64,000 nt of DNA from NCBI GenBank assembly GCA_963728205.1, contig CAVSIV010000002.1, forward strand, positions 448,001-512,000, read 5' to 3'. Positions 18,766-30,077 of the stretch are shown piece by piece (the first letter of the stretch is position 1; each line of letters begins with the position of its first letter). The notes below the pieces were generated by a model. That model made no database searches, was not told the origin of the DNA, and saw nothing but the letters and a program-made list of their open reading frames with translations. The position numbers were made by a program, and so were the translations under genes. Origin of the DNA: an uncultured Chloroflexia bacterium. Its GTDB lineage: Bacteria; Chloroflexota; Dehalococcoidia; UBA2979.

Positions 18766-19164
18766 GCGGGCGGACGCACGGCCGCACCCGCTCAGTCACG
18801 TCGAGCGAGCCGGCCCGCGCTGCAGTGTACAACCGCGACGCGCACCCGCCGCATGATTCGCGGAGCGGCGCGGCTCCTCGCCCTCCTCAACCCCGCGGCT
18901 CGCCGAACTCGGGCGCTGCACCCGCTCGGAGACGACGAGAGTCGTCAGGCGACTACGGCAGCCCCTTGGTTGCCCCCCAAGGCACGCGCCGTAGGCAAGT
19001 GTGCTTGAACCTTGAGAGAGCTCGACGTCCTTGATTGCCAGTGCGTTCGAAGCGGTTCGAGGGTCGCTGACATCGGGAGAGGCGCGAACGCCAGGTCGTC
19101 CGCGCTCGCGTGCGGAATTCTTGTTCGACTCGCGGCGCGGAACATCCGCAAATCAGTGAGAAGC

Positions 19165-19253
19165 TGGTGCCGAAGGAGGGACTCGAACCCTCACGGGCCT
19201 CTCGGCCCAACGGTTTTTGAGACCGTCGCGTCTGCCGGTTCCGCCACTTCGGC
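19165..19253 (-). tRNA. tRNA-Leu (CAA)
   Basis: GCCGAAG acceptor stem, anticodon arm ACGGT-CTCAAAA-ACCGT, long variable arm, GGTTCGAGTCC T-arm, encoded CCA. Confidence 0.96.
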
Positions 19254-19407
19254 GCGGGTCCTGAGTATCGGGCGGCCCGCGATCGCCGTCGACTCCGACG
19301 CCCGCGGCACACGGGGGTCATGTGCACGGCGGGACGTTTGCACGTGCGACGTTTCCGTGTACGGGCGCAGACTCTAGGCTCGATGGGCAGCCGGGCGGAG
19401 TGCGTCG

Positions 19408-20322
19408 ATGCTCGAGTTCGTCGATCTCGTGAAGCGCTACGGCGACGTCGTCGCGCTCGACGGCTGCGACTTCACCGTCGCGCCGGGGCGCATGGTGGGC
19501 TTCCTCGGTCCGAACGGCTCGGGCAAGACCACCGCGATGCGCAGCGTCTTCGGGCTCGTCGAGCCCGACCGCGGCGAGGTGCGCTGGGCCGGCCACCGCG
19601 TGCACGACGCGGACCGGTTGCGCTTCGGCTACATGCCCGAGGAACGCGGCCTCTACCCGCGCATGCGCGTCGCCGAGCAGGTCGAGTACTTCGCGCGCCT
19701 GCACGGCATGCCCGCGCACGACGCGGCGCGTGCCGCCGCGAGCTGGCTCGAACGCCTCGGCCTCGGCGACCGCGCCACTTCCCGCGTCGAGGAGCTGTCC
19801 CACGGCAACCAGCAGCGAGCGCAGCTCGCCGTCGCGCTGGCGCACGAGCCCGACCTGCTCGTGCTCGACGAGCCGTTCGCCGGGCTCGACCCGCTGGGCG
19901 TCGCATCGCTCGGCGCAATCGTGCGCGAGGAGGCGGCCCGCGGCGCGGCCGTCGTGTTCTCCAGCCACCAGCTCGACCTCGTCGAGGACCTCTGCGACGA
20001 CATCGCAATCATCGACCACGGGCGCATCGTGCTCGCCGGCCCGCTGCGCCAGGTGCGGGCGGCGTCGCGCTTCCGCTACGTGCAGGTCGCGCTCGACGGC
20101 GACGGCCGCGCGTCCGGCGGCACGCCGCGCGGCGCATGGCCTCCGGCCGGCGGCGACGTCGAGGTGCTGTGGCAGCGCAACGGCGAGACGCGCCTGCGCG
20201 TCCCCGCGGGCGCGGACCCGGAGCCGCTGCTCGAGGAGGCGAAGCGCGCCGGCGGCGTCGAGTACTTCCGGTTCGAGCCTCCGTCGCTCGACGACCTGTT
20301 CATGGAGGCGGTGGGACGATGA
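19408..20322 (+). CDS. ABC-2 type transporter ATP-binding protein
   Basis: GPNGSGKT Walker A, LSHGNQQR signature, LLVLDEP Walker B, SSH. Confidence 0.93.
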   Translation: MLEFVDLVKRYGDVVALDGCDFTVAPGRMVGFLGPNGSGKTTAMRSVFGLVEPDRGEVRWAGHRVHDADRLRFGYMPEERGLYPRMRVAEQVEYFARLHGMPAHDAARAAASWLERLGLGDRATSRVEELSHGNQQRAQLAVALAHEPDLLVLDEPFAGLDPLGVASLGAIVREEAARGAAVVFSSHQLDLVEDLCDDIAIIDHGRIVLAGPLRQVRAASRFRYVQVALDGDGRASGGTPRGAWPPAGGDVEVLWQRNGETRLRVPAGADPEPLLEEAKRAGGVEYFRFEPPSLDDLFMEAVGR

Positions 20323-21533
20323 GGCCGTTCACCGCCGCGTCGCTCGTCGCGCTGCGCGAGATCCGGGAGCGCGCGCGCACGCGCTCGTACGCCGTATGGA
20401 CGGCGGTGATCGTGGCGACGGTCGTCGGACTGGTGGTCGCGGCGAACGTGCTGCCGGGCGTGCTCGAGCCGGAGCCCCCGACGCTGGGCGTGACGCCGGC
20501 GATCTCGCAGTCGCTCACGACGCAGATCGGCGCCAGCAGCACGCAGCTCGGGATCGACGTCACGGTCGTGCGCGTCGCCGACGCCGCGACCGGCCGCTCG
20601 GAGCTGAGCGACGGCACGCTCGACGCGCTGCTCGTTGACCCGAGCACGCTGCTCTTCCAGAAGGAGACCGACACCTCGCTGGCGGCGGTCGTGAACCAGG
20701 CGGTGCAGGTCGAGTCGCTGCCGCGACGCCTCGCGGCGGTCGGGCTGACCGCGCAGCAGGCGCAGCCGCTGATCGCGCCGACGCCGGTCGACGTGCAGGT
20801 GGAGCAGCCGCCGAAGCCCGGCGCGCCGACGGGCTCGCCGTACGAGCGCGAGGGCTACCTCGTCGCCACCGTCAGCGTCGTGCTGCTCTACATGGCGCTC
20901 GCGCTGTACGGCGGGCTGGTGCTGAACGGCGTCGTCGAGGAGAAGTCGAATCGCGTAGTCGAGGTGCTGCTCGGCACGCTGCGGCCGTCGGAGCTGCTCG
21001 GCGGCAAGGTGTTCGGGATCGTGGCCGTCGCGCTCATGCAGCTGCTGGCGGCGCTGGCGGCCGGCGGGGTCGCGCTGCTCGTGGTCGGGCACGCGCACAT
21101 CCCGTCGATCGCGTTCGGCACGACGGCGATGGCAGTGGCGTGGTTCGTGCTCGGGCTGATCTTCTACAACTTCGCGTACGCCGCCGTCGGCGCGACGGTC
21201 TCGCGCCCGTCCGATGCGCAGAGCGCGGCCCTCCCCATCACGATGCTGCTGCTCGTGCCGTACCTCGCGTCGTTCGTCGTGATCCCAAACAACCCCGACG
21301 GTCCGCTCGCGACGGTGCTCTCGCTGCTGCCGGTCTCGGCACCGATGGCGATGCCGGCGCGCTTCGCCGAAGGGAACCCCCCGACCTGGGAGGTGGCGCT
21401 GGCGTTTGCGCTGATGGTGCCGGCGACGCTGGGGATGGTGTGGCTGTCCGGGCGCATCTACCGCGGGGCGGTGCTGCGCGGCGGCCAGCGCGTGAAGCTG
21501 CTGACGGCGCTGCGCGCCGGCAGGCCCTCGTGA
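20319..21533 (+). CDS. ABC-2 type transporter permease (NatB/YhaP-like)
   Basis: ATGA overlap with the ATPase; VVEEKSNRVVEVLL and LLGGKV motifs; multiple TM helices. Confidence 0.9.
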   Translation: MRPFTAASLVALREIRERARTRSYAVWTAVIVATVVGLVVAANVLPGVLEPEPPTLGVTPAISQSLTTQIGASSTQLGIDVTVVRVADAATGRSELSDGTLDALLVDPSTLLFQKETDTSLAAVVNQAVQVESLPRRLAAVGLTAQQAQPLIAPTPVDVQVEQPPKPGAPTGSPYEREGYLVATVSVVLLYMALALYGGLVLNGVVEEKSNRVVEVLLGTLRPSELLGGKVFGIVAVALMQLLAALAAGGVALLVVGHAHIPSIAFGTTAMAVAWFVLGLIFYNFAYAAVGATVSRPSDAQSAALPITMLLLVPYLASFVVIPNNPDGPLATVLSLLPVSAPMAMPARFAEGNPPTWEVALAFALMVPATLGMVWLSGRIYRGAVLRGGQRVKLLTALRAGRPS

Positions 21534-21659
21534 GCCGCCGCGCGGCGTGACGCTCCGGCGGTCGGCGGCGCGCGGTCAGCCGGGGTAGCCGGGCCGCGGC
21601 GCACGCGGAATGCGCGCCGCGGCCTCGATGCCCCGGGGCACTCCGCGGCGCTCCCGGCG

Positions 21660-22319
21660 CTAGGCGGGCGGGTCGAGGAGCGCGTGGCGGAGGGTCTCGA
21701 AGAGCCAGTGCGTGAAGCGGGTCTGGCTCCAGCCGCGCGTCATGACGAGGGACTCGTACAGGCGGCCATCGATCAGCGTCCAGATGATGTCGGCGGCCGT
21801 CTCGACAGTCATCCCGGGCGCGAGCCAGCCACGCTCGTGCAGCAACTGAGCGACAACGCGCTGCCCGCGCATGCGCTGATCGACCGAGAGGGACTTCCAC
21901 AGCGCCGCGAGCTCCGGATCGGCGCCGGCGGCGCCTTCCGCGATGCGCTGCACCGGCGCCACGCGGCGGTTGATCGCGACCATGTTCGCGGTGTGCACCC
22001 GGAGCAGCTGCACGGGATCATCGAGGTCGACGATCGCGCGGTAGAAGCTGCGTTCGCGCACCGGCAGGCCTGACGCGTCGCGTCCGGCGATCGCGCGAGT
22101 GATGAGCTCGGCGAGGATCGCCGGCTTGGTGCCGATCGCCGTGTAGATGGTGGGCGCGGCCACGCCTGCCTCGGCGGCGACGTCGGCGATCGTCGTCGCG
22201 ACGTACCCGGCTCGCGCGAAGCGGGTCATCGCCGCAGCGAGGATGCGCTCGCGGGTCTGCTCGGCCTGCTCGGCGCGACGCGGGGATCGATAGCGTCGGC
22301 GCTTGACGGCTTCGCTCAT
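21660..22319 (-). CDS. TetR-family transcriptional regulator
   Basis: RERILAAA..GYVATTIADVAAEAGVAAPTIY helix-turn-helix. Confidence 0.9.
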   Translation of the reverse strand: MSEAVKRRRYRSPRRAEQAEQTRERILAAAMTRFARAGYVATTIADVAAEAGVAAPTIYTAIGTKPAILAELITRAIAGRDASGLPVRERSFYRAIVDLDDPVQLLRVHTANMVAINRRVAPVQRIAEGAAGADPELAALWKSLSVDQRMRGQRVVAQLLHERGWLAPGMTVETAADIIWTLIDGRLYESLVMTRGWSQTRFTHWLFETLRHALLDPPA

Positions 22320-22383
22320 ATTCGATATATGCCGTTACTAATGAATCATGTCATAGCGTGATGATTATGAGGAGGGTACCAAC
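22320..22383. promoter_or_regulatory. AT-rich divergent promoter/operator region between tetR and the cupin gene
   Basis: Markedly AT-rich 64-bp spacer between divergent genes; GAGGAGG Shine-Dalgarno before GTG at 22384. Confidence 0.6.
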
Positions 22384-22878
22384 GTGAGCGCCCCGCGACA
22401 ACACAGCCACCTGCTGCCCGACCAGGGGCACGCCGTGCGTGCGCGCGGAGACATCTACGTCTTCAAGACGCGCGCCGCCGAAACCGAAGGGCATTACTCG
22501 CTCTTCGAAGCGCGCACGCTGCCGGACGGCGGCGTCCCGCCGCACTACCACACGCGCGACGAGGAGACCTTCTACGTCCTCGAGGGGCAGTACGAGATCC
22601 AGATCGGGGACGAGACCATCGTCGCGGGTCCCGGCGCGTGCCTGCACGTGCCCCGTCCGCTGCCCCACGCGTTCCGCAACGTCGGCGGCGGACCGGCCCG
22701 GATGCTCGTCGTCGTCTCGCCCGGGGGCCTGCACGAGCAGTACTTCGACGAGGCCTGGGAGCCGATCGACGACCTCGAGCAGGTGCCGCCCCCGCCGGCG
22801 ACGCCCCCGGACATGGCGCGCGTCGCGGCCGCGCTGAAGCGCGCGGGCATGGAGATGCTCCCCGAGCCCGGGCGCTGA
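22384..22878 (+). CDS. Cupin domain protein (quercetinase-like)
   Basis: PPHYH..DEETFYVLEG and PRPLPHAFRN cupin motifs. Confidence 0.88.
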   Translation: MSAPRQHSHLLPDQGHAVRARGDIYVFKTRAAETEGHYSLFEARTLPDGGVPPHYHTRDEETFYVLEGQYEIQIGDETIVAGPGACLHVPRPLPHAFRNVGGGPARMLVVVSPGGLHEQYFDEAWEPIDDLEQVPPPPATPPDMARVAAALKRAGMEMLPEPGR

Positions 22879-22991
22879 GGCGCGAACCCGGGCAGGCGTG
22901 CGCATCCACAAATGAGTTGGTCAGCGTGCGGCCGGCCGCGCCGCGAGTCGGCCCGCGCGACCGCGCCCTCGTGGGTCGAAAGGGACGTCCG

Positions 22992-23597
22992 ATGAACGCC
23001 TATCACATCGCCCTCTTCTTCCACCTGTTCGCGCTGCTGGCCGCGACGGTGGCGTCGACCCTCACGCACTTCGGCGAGCACCGCATGCAGCGCGCCGCGA
23101 CGGTCGGCGAGGCCCGGCCGTGGCTGCTGCTCGTCGCGGGCGTCGGCAAGGTGTTCCCGCTGGCCCTGCTCACGCTGCTCGCCACCGGGAGCTACATGGT
23201 GCACGGGGGGTGGACGTGGAATCTCGGGTGGGTCGACGCGGGTCTCGTCGGCGTCGTCGTGCTGTTCGTCAGCGGGCTCGCGCTCGAGCGTCACGGGCGG
23301 GGGATCGGCGCGGAGCTGGCGCGGCTGGGCGACGGTCCTCTCGACGCGCGAGCGGCTGCGGCGGTGCGCGATCCGGTCGCGGCCGCGCAGTCGTGGGCAA
23401 ACAGCATGCTCGCGCTCGCCGTGGTGTTCGACATGGCGACGAAGCCGGCACTGCCGGTCGCGCTGACGGTGCTCGCGATCGGCGTCCTCGCCGGTGTCGG
23501 GATCGCGCGCCGCGCCGCGCGCCCGACGGGCACGCACGCCACGGTCGCCGGTCACCGGTCCATTGACGAAGCCGTGGACGTCCTAATGAATTCATGA
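22992..23597 (+). CDS. Membrane protein, DUF2269-like
   Basis: ALFFH start, LLATG..M..W..GW and M.TKP motifs with several TM helices. Confidence 0.65.
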   Translation: MNAYHIALFFHLFALLAATVASTLTHFGEHRMQRAATVGEARPWLLLVAGVGKVFPLALLTLLATGSYMVHGGWTWNLGWVDAGLVGVVVLFVSGLALERHGRGIGAELARLGDGPLDARAAAAVRDPVAAAQSWANSMLALAVVFDMATKPALPVALTVLAIGVLAGVGIARRAARPTGTHATVAGHRSIDEAVDVLMNS

Positions 23598-23795
23598 TAC
23601 AAGCAGCGTCCATCGCGGACGCTGCTCCGCGGATCGTGACAGTCCCCCGCACCCGAGTGCTGGAGGCTCCCCTCGCGGGCCGGGCGACGGGATGACCGCG
23701 GGAACCCCCGAAACGAGCCACGGCCGCACCTCATGCCGACCCGCGGACTCCCGCGGGCCCGGTTCAGGTCGTGTTGCGTTCGGGAGGAATCGTCG

Positions 23796-26700
23796 ATGAC
23801 AGCAGCGATAGCCGGCGGTGTGCGCCGGTGGTGGCTCGGGATGGTCGTACTGGCGGTGTTCGCCATCGCGCCGATCGTGGCGCTCGGCGGCGGCGCGGCC
23901 GACGCGGCCGGCACGGCGATCCAGGTGCCGAGCCAGTGCACGCTCGCATCGGCGATCGCGCATGCGGATGCGGGGCAGGACTGCAGCGGCGCCGCGTCGC
24001 CCGCCCCGTACACGATCGTGCTCGACGCCGGCTCCCCCGTCACGCTGACGGCGCCGGACAACGCGATCGACGGGCCCAACGGGCTTCCGGACGTCACGAC
24101 GGCCATCACGATCCAGAGCAACTCCTCGAGCCCGGCGACGATCCAGCGCAGCGTCGCGCCGGGGACGCCGTCGTTCCGGCTCTTCCACGTCGCAAGCACG
24201 GGCAGTCTCACGCTGATCAACATCCAGCTCGGCAACGGCCTGGCGCAGGGCGGGCGCGGCGGGGACTCGGCTTCCGGCAACGCCGGCCAGGGCGGCGGCG
24301 GCGGCGGAGGCATGGGCGGCGCGATCTTCTCGCACCAGGGTGCGGTGTCGCTCAGCCAGGTCACGTTGACCGGCAACGCGGCGGTCGGCGGGAACGGCGG
24401 CTACACGAACAGCTATGACGGCCTGGTCACCGCGGGCAGCGGCGGCGGCGGCGGCATGGGCGGGAACGGCGGTAACGCCGCGTTCTACAACGGCGGCGGC
24501 GGCGGCGGCACGGGCGGCAACGGCGGCAGCGGGTCGAACTACGGCGGCGGAGCCGGCGGAGGCGGCCAGGGGCTGGGCGCGAACGGCGGACCGAACACCG
24601 GCCTGGGCGGCGGCGGCGGCGGCACACAGACCGCCGCGAGCAACGGCACGGGCGGCGTCCTCAACGGCGCCAACGGCGGCCTCAACGGCAACGGCATCGG
24701 GCAGTATGGCAGCGATGGCTACAGCGGTGGCTACGGCGGCGGCGGCGGCGGCGGCGGCACGGCCTGTGGCCAGTGTGGCGCGAGCGGCGGCAGCGGCGGG
24801 TACAACGCCGGCGGTGGCGGCGGCTACTACGGCGGCAACGGCGCGGGCGGCGGCTTCGGCGCGGGCGGCGGCGCGGGCGGCTACCACTCCGGCAGCGGTG
24901 GGTTCGGCGGCGGCGGCGGCGGCGCGGCCGGCCAGGGCGCGAACGGCGGCTTCGGCGGCGGCGCCGGCGGCACCGGCTACTACCAGGCCGGCAGCGCCTA
25001 CGGCGGCGGCTCATCCGGCGACGGTCGCTACGGCGGGGGCGGCGGCGCGGGCGGCGGAGCGGGCCTCGGGGGTGCCATCTTCGCCTACGGCGGTACGCTC
25101 ACCGTCCACGACTCCACCTTCACCGCCAATAGCGTCGCCGGCGGCGCGGGCGGCGTATCGCACTACGGCCCAAGTGGCGGGGGCGGCATCGGCCAGGCCG
25201 CGGCGGTGTTCGTCTACAGCAGCGGCAGCGCCACGGCGACGGCGCTGGTGCAGACCTCGACGGTCAACGCCAGCGACATCGCCATCTACGGCACCCTGAC
25301 CGCGGGCAGCCTGCTCGGCCCGACGGCGCAGCTCGTCTTCACGACGCAGCCGCCGGCGACCGTGGCCGCCGGCGCAACCTTCGGCGTCACGGTCGAGCTC
25401 CGCGACGCCTTCGGCGACCTGGAAACGGCCGACACGTCGACGGTCACCCTCACCGCGCAGAACTGTGGCGGGTGCGTGCTGAGCGGCAGCACGACGGTGG
25501 CGGCCGTCGGCGGGCAGGCGTCCTTCGCGAATCTCGCCTTCCCGGTCGCGGCCACGAGCGCCTCGATCCGGGCGAACGTGGGCGCCGTGCAGGCGGCGTC
25601 GAGCAACGTGGCGGTGTCGAAGGCGACGCCGGACGTCTCGCTCGCGACGAACGCGGCCTCCACCGTGTTCGGCCAGCCGGTGACGTTCACCGCGACGGTC
25701 GCGGCTCCGAGCGGCTCGTCGGCCGGCGCGCCGACCGGCAGCGTCACGTTCAGCGACGGCGCGACCGCCATCGGGAGCAGCGCGCTCAGCACCAGCGGCG
25801 GCGTGACGACCGCAACGCTCACCACGAGCGCGCTCGCGGTCGCGGACCACAGCATCACCGCCGCGTACGGCGGGAACACGGCCTTCACCTCCGCCACGAG
25901 CTCGGCGGTGGTGCAGTCGGTCGGCCAGGCCGGCAGCAGCGTTTCGCTGGCCACCTCGGTCAGCCCCTCGGTCGTCGGCCAGCCGGTGACGCTGACCGCG
26001 ACGGTCTCCACCGTCGCGCCGGGCGCCGGGACGCCGACGGGGAGCGTCAGCTTCACCGATGGCGCGACCGTGCTCGGCGGCGCCGTGCTCAGCACGACCG
26101 GCGGCGTGACGACCGCCACCCTCGCCACCTCGGCGCTCACGGCCGGGAGCCACACACTGGCGGCGACCTACGCAGGTGACGTGCACTTCGCCGGCAGCCA
26201 GGCCACGACCGGCACGGTCGTCGACCCGGCCGCGACCACGATCACCGTCGCGTCGACGGCGAACCCGTCGGTGACCGGGCAGGGCGTGTCCTTCACGGCG
26301 ACCGTGACGGTCACGGCGCCCGGGGCCGGCGCGCCGACCGGCACCGTCACGTTCAGTGACGGCGCCACGGTGCTCGGCGCGGCCCCGCTCAGCGGCGGCG
26401 TCGCGACGTTCGCGGCGCCCGGCCTCGCGCTCGGGTCGCACACCGTCACCGCGGCATACGAGGGCGACCTCGCGTTCAGCGCGAGCGCGAGCGCGGCGTT
26501 GGCGCAGGCCGTCACGAAGGCGGCGACCACGGTCGCTCTCGCCTCGAGCGCGCCGGCGTCGGTGACCGGCCAGCCGGTGACGTTGACGGCGACCGTCGCG
26601 GTCTCCCCGCCGGGCGCCGGCACGCCGACCGGTACGGTCACCTTCCGTGACGGCCCGATTGTGCTCGGGACGGACACGCTCTCGGGCGGGAGCGCGACGC

Positions 26701-29700
26701 TGACGACGGCGAGCCTCGCCGTGGCGGCGCACCCGCTCACCGTGGACTACAGCGGTGACGCCGGCTTCAACGGAGCGACGAGCAGCCCGCTCAGCCAGGT
26801 CGTCGGCCGGGGCGGCACGACGACGGCCCTGTCCGCGTCGGTCAATCCGTCCGTGTTCGGCCAGGAGGTGACGTTCACCGCCGCCGTCGACGTGACGGCG
26901 CCGGCGGAGGGCGCGCCCACGGGCGGCGTCACCTTCAGCGACGGCACGACCGTGCTCGCGACCGTCCCGCTCAGCGGCGGGTCGGCGACGTACAGCACGT
27001 CCGCGCTCGCCGCGGGCGCGCACGCCGTGACCGCGACGTACGGCGGCGACGACAGCTTCGGCGGCAGCGCGAGCGCCGCCGTCGCGCAGTCCGTCGACCA
27101 GGCGTCGACGGTCACGACCGTCGCGCCGGATCTCGGGACGACGGTCTTCGGGCAGAGCGTCACCTTCGTCGCGTCCGTCGCCGCGGCGGCGCCGGGCGCG
27201 GGTACGCCGGGCGGCACCGTGCAGTTCAGCGTCGACGGCAGCCCGCTGGGTTCGCCGGTCACGCTGGTGGGCGGCAGCGCGTCGCTCAGCGTCGCGAGCC
27301 TCGCGGTCGGCGATCACAGCGTCGGCGCGACCTACGGCGGCGACGCGAGCTTCGTGACGAGCGAGGGCGATCCGGCCGCGCTGGCGGTGCTGCCGGCCGT
27401 CACGATGACGACCGTCGGCTCGTCGGTCGCGGCCGCCGCGTTCGGGCAGCCGGTCACGCTGAGTGCCGCGGTGGCGGCGGTCGCCCCCGGCGCGGGCGTC
27501 CCGACCGGCACGGTGGTATTCAGCATCGACGGGGTCGCCGGCGCGCCGGTGGCGCTGGTCGGCGGCGCCGCCTCCACGACGACGGCAGAGCTGGCCGTCG
27601 GCGGCCACAGCGTCGTCGTGAGCTACAGCGGCGACGCGAGCTTCAGTGGGAGCGCGAGCGCGGCCTTCGCGCAGGCGGTGAGGCGCGCGACGACGACGAC
27701 GGCGGTCGTGTCCGCGGCGAGCCCGACGGTGTCGGGTGAGTCCGTCACGTTCACCGCCACGGTCGCGGTCGCGGCCCCGGGGGCGGGCATGCCCACCGGG
27801 AGCATCGAGTTCCGCGACGGCGCGACGATCATCGGCAACGTGTCGCTCACGGGCGACTCCGCGTCGCTCGATGTCTCGACGCTCGGCGCCGGCACGCACG
27901 TCGTCACCGCTGCCTACAGCGGCGACGGCGACTTCGAGGCGAGCGCCGCGACGGTCACGCAGAGCGTGGACCGCGCGGACACGACGACGGCGCTCGACGC
28001 GCCGGCCACGTCCACGTTCGGGCAGTCGGTGACGTTCACGGCGACGGTCGCCGTGGCGCCCCCGGGCACCACGGATGCGGGCGTGCCGACGGGGAGCGTG
28101 AGCTTCCTGGACGGCGCGATGGTCGTCGGCGCGGGCGCGGTGAGCACGAGCGGCGGGATCACCACCGCGACGATCACCACGAGCCTGCTCGGCGCCGGCA
28201 CGCATGCGCTCACCGCGGTCTACGCGGGGGACGCGAACTTCGCCGGCTCCACGAGCGCTGCCGCGACGCTGGTCGTCGCGCCGGCCGACACGTCGCTGGC
28301 GGTGGTCTCGTCGGTCAGCCCGTCCGCGTTCGGCCAGGCCGTCACCTTCACGGCGACGGTCGCGGTCGTGGCGCCGGGCACGATCAGCGGCGGGTCGCCG
28401 ACGGGGAGCGTCGTCTTCGCGGACGGCGCCACCACGCTGGGGATCGCGACGCTGGTCACGAGCGGCGGTGTGACCACGGCGACGTTCACGACGAACGCGC
28501 TGGGGGTGGGCACGCACGGCGTCACCGCGACCTACGGCGGTGACGCCGGCTTCAGCGGGAGCGCCGGCGCGCCGCCGCCGCAGGTGGTAGACGCGGCGGG
28601 GACGTCCGTGGCGCTCGTCGTCACGCTCACCCCGTCGATCTTCGGCCAGTCCGTCACGTTCACCGCAACGGTGGCCACGACGGCGCCCGGCACCACCGAC
28701 ATCGCGTCGCCGACGGGAACGGTGACGTTCTCGGACGGCGCCGCGTCGCTCGGGACGGCTGCGCTGAGCACCACGGGCGGTGTGACCACGGCGACGTTCA
28801 CGACGGCCGCGCTGCCCACGGGGACGCGGAGCATCACGGCGGCGTACGCCGGTGACGGCAACTTCACCGCCGCGTCGAGCTCCGCGCTCGCGCAGGTGGT
28901 GAACCGGGCGGACACGGCGACGGCGCTGACGCTCGGGACCAACCCGTCGGCGGCGGGGCAGAGCGTCGCGTTCTCGGTGAGCGTCTCGGTCATGCCCCCG
29001 GGCACGACCGCGGCGGGCTCGCCCACGGGGACGGTGCAGTTCACGGTCGACGGCGTGAACCTCGGCGGCGCGGTGGCGCTCGTCGACGGCCAGGCGACGA
29101 GCCCGGCGACGTCGACCCTGCAGATCGGCAACCACGTGGTCGTCGCGACCTACAGCGGCGACGGCAGCTTCGCGGGCAGCTCCGCCACCGCGACGCAGAC
29201 GGTGAACCCGAGCGGCGGGACGAGCGCGAACCTGCACGGCGGGAACCTCGACGGGGCGAACCTCGACGGGATCGACGTCAGCGGCTCGAACCTGTCGGGG
29301 GTCACCCTGGACGGCGCCTCGCTCGTGGACACGAACCTGTCGGCCGCGAACCTCAGTCACGCGTCGGCGACCAACGCGAACCTCAGCGGGGCGAACCTCG
29401 CCGGGGCAAACCTGTCGCACGGCACGCTGACCGGCTCGAACCTGAGCGGGGCGACGCTGAACGGGGCGAACCTGAGCCAGTCGAGCCTGGCCGGCGTGAA
29501 CCTCACGGGCGCCGATTCGAGCACCGCGAACCTTAGCGGCGTCGACCTCAGCGGGGCGATCCTCGTGGGGGCGAACCTCGCCGGGGCGAACCTGAGCGGC
29601 GCCAACCTCTCGGGTGCGGATTTGACGGGGGCGGTGCTGACCCACGCGAACCTGTCAAACGTCAGCTTCGCGAACGCGAACCTGACGAACGCGAACCTGA

Positions 29701-29771
29701 CCGGGGCCAACGTGAACAAGAAGACGGACTTCACCGGCGCGACGCTGACGGGGGTGATCGGCTACCCGTAG
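23796..29771 (+). CDS. Giant secreted/surface protein: signal peptide, Gly-rich region, one Ig-like plus 12 Big_3-type Ig repeats, C-terminal pentapeptide repeats
   Basis: GGAGG SD before ATG 23796; 12 repeats of GQxVTFTATV...PTGxVxFxDG...YxGD; about 33 A(N/D)LxG pentapeptides at ~29226-29760. Confidence 0.85.
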   Translation: MTAAIAGGVRRWWLGMVVLAVFAIAPIVALGGGAADAAGTAIQVPSQCTLASAIAHADAGQDCSGAASPAPYTIVLDAGSPVTLTAPDNAIDGPNGLPDVTTAITIQSNSSSPATIQRSVAPGTPSFRLFHVASTGSLTLINIQLGNGLAQGGRGGDSASGNAGQGGGGGGGMGGAIFSHQGAVSLSQVTLTGNAAVGGNGGYTNSYDGLVTAGSGGGGGMGGNGGNAAFYNGGGGGGTGGNGGSGSNYGGGAGGGGQGLGANGGPNTGLGGGGGGTQTAASNGTGGVLNGANGGLNGNGIGQYGSDGYSGGYGGGGGGGGTACGQCGASGGSGGYNAGGGGGYYGGNGAGGGFGAGGGAGGYHSGSGGFGGGGGGAAGQGANGGFGGGAGGTGYYQAGSAYGGGSSGDGRYGGGGGAGGGAGLGGAIFAYGGTLTVHDSTFTANSVAGGAGGVSHYGPSGGGGIGQAAAVFVYSSGSATATALVQTSTVNASDIAIYGTLTAGSLLGPTAQLVFTTQPPATVAAGATFGVTVELRDAFGDLETADTSTVTLTAQNCGGCVLSGSTTVAAVGGQASFANLAFPVAATSASIRANVGAVQAASSNVAVSKATPDVSLATNAASTVFGQPVTFTATVAAPSGSSAGAPTGSVTFSDGATAIGSSALSTSGGVTTATLTTSALAVADHSITAAYGGNTAFTSATSSAVVQSVGQAGSSVSLATSVSPSVVGQPVTLTATVSTVAPGAGTPTGSVSFTDGATVLGGAVLSTTGGVTTATLATSALTAGSHTLAATYAGDVHFAGSQATTGTVVDPAATTITVASTANPSVTGQGVSFTATVTVTAPGAGAPTGTVTFSDGATVLGAAPLSGGVATFAAPGLALGSHTVTAAYEGDLAFSASASAALAQAVTKAATTVALASSAPASVTGQPVTLTATVAVSPPGAGTPTGTVTFRDGPIVLGTDTLSGGSATLTTASLAVAAHPLTVDYSGDAGFNGATSSPLSQVVGRGGTTTALSASVNPSVFGQEVTFTAAVDVTAPAEGAPTGGVTFSDGTTVLATVPLSGGSATYSTSALAAGAHAVTATYGGDDSFGGSASAAVAQSVDQASTVTTVAPDLGTTVFGQSVTFVASVAAAAPGAGTPGGTVQFSVDGSPLGSPVTLVGGSASLSVASLAVGDHSVGATYGGDASFVTSEGDPAALAVLPAVTMTTVGSSVAAAAFGQPVTLSAAVAAVAPGAGVPTGTVVFSIDGVAGAPVALVGGAASTTTAELAVGGHSVVVSYSGDASFSGSASAAFAQAVRRATTTTAVVSAASPTVSGESVTFTATVAVAAPGAGMPTGSIEFRDGATIIGNVSLTGDSASLDVSTLGAGTHVVTAAYSGDGDFEASAATVTQSVDRADTTTALDAPATSTFGQSVTFTATVAVAPPGTTDAGVPTGSVSFLDGAMVVGAGAVSTSGGITTATITTSLLGAGTHALTAVYAGDANFAGSTSAAATLVVAPADTSLAVVSSVSPSAFGQAVTFTATVAVVAPGTISGGSPTGSVVFADGATTLGIATLVTSGGVTTATFTTNALGVGTHGVTATYGGDAGFSGSAGAPPPQVVDAAGTSVALVVTLTPSIFGQSVTFTATVATTAPGTTDIASPTGTVTFSDGAASLGTAALSTTGGVTTATFTTAALPTGTRSITAAYAGDGNFTAASSSALAQVVNRADTATALTLGTNPSAAGQSVAFSVSVSVMPPGTTAAGSPTGTVQFTVDGVNLGGAVALVDGQATSPATSTLQIGNHVVVATYSGDGSFAGSSATATQTVNPSGGTSANLHGGNLDGANLDGIDVSGSNLSGVTLDGASLVDTNLSAANLSHASATNANLSGANLAGANLSHGTLTGSNLSGATLNGANLSQSSLAGVNLTGADSSTANLSGVDLSGAILVGANLAGANLSGANLSGADLTGAVLTHANLSNVSFANANLTNANLTGANVNKKTDFTGATLTGVIGYP

Positions 29772-29798
29772 CGGTCACGCCGGCGATTGCGCTGAGAC

Positions 29799-29830
29799 GC
29801 GAGGGGCGGGGCACATGGCCCGCCCCTCGC
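29799..29830. terminator. GC-rich hairpin between the giant protein gene and convergent tRNA-Gly
   Basis: GCGAGGGGCGGG-N8-CCCGCCCCTCGC 12-bp stem; no U-tract. Confidence 0.5.
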
Positions 29831-29882
29831 CGCGTCCGGGCCAGTGCCATCCGCAGCGAACCGTGAACGGGAAGGGAGGGAG

Positions 29883-29957
29883 TGGAGCGGAAGACGAGGG
29901 TCGAACTCGCGACCTCCTCCTTGGCAAGGAGGCGCTCTACCACTGAGCTACTTCCGC
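29883..29957 (-). tRNA. tRNA-Gly (GCC)
   Basis: GCGGAAGTAGCTCAGTGGTAGAGC...CCTCCTTGCCAAGGAGG...GAGTTCGACCCTCGTCTTCCGCTCCA cloverleaf. Confidence 0.97.
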
Positions 29958-30077
29958 CCGCGGGGGCAAGGATAGCGACGGATACCCGGCAGTGTGAAGG
30001 GCGTGGGCGTCGACGAGGCGGAAACGAAGGGGGCGGGCGGGCTGCTCAGCCCGCTGACATGCTCAAGGGCGGAGTGC

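Noticed and set aside
23640-23790. Possible cyclic-dinucleotide riboswitch in the long leader of the giant protein gene
   Set aside because: GC-rich stems exist, but I could not match c-di-GMP or c-di-AMP consensus motifs; needs an Infernal search.
24240-29760. Repetitive DNA resembling a CRISPR or tandem array
   Set aside because: Repeats are in-frame coding repeats (Gly runs, Ig domains, pentapeptides) with no fixed repeat-spacer pattern and no cas genes.
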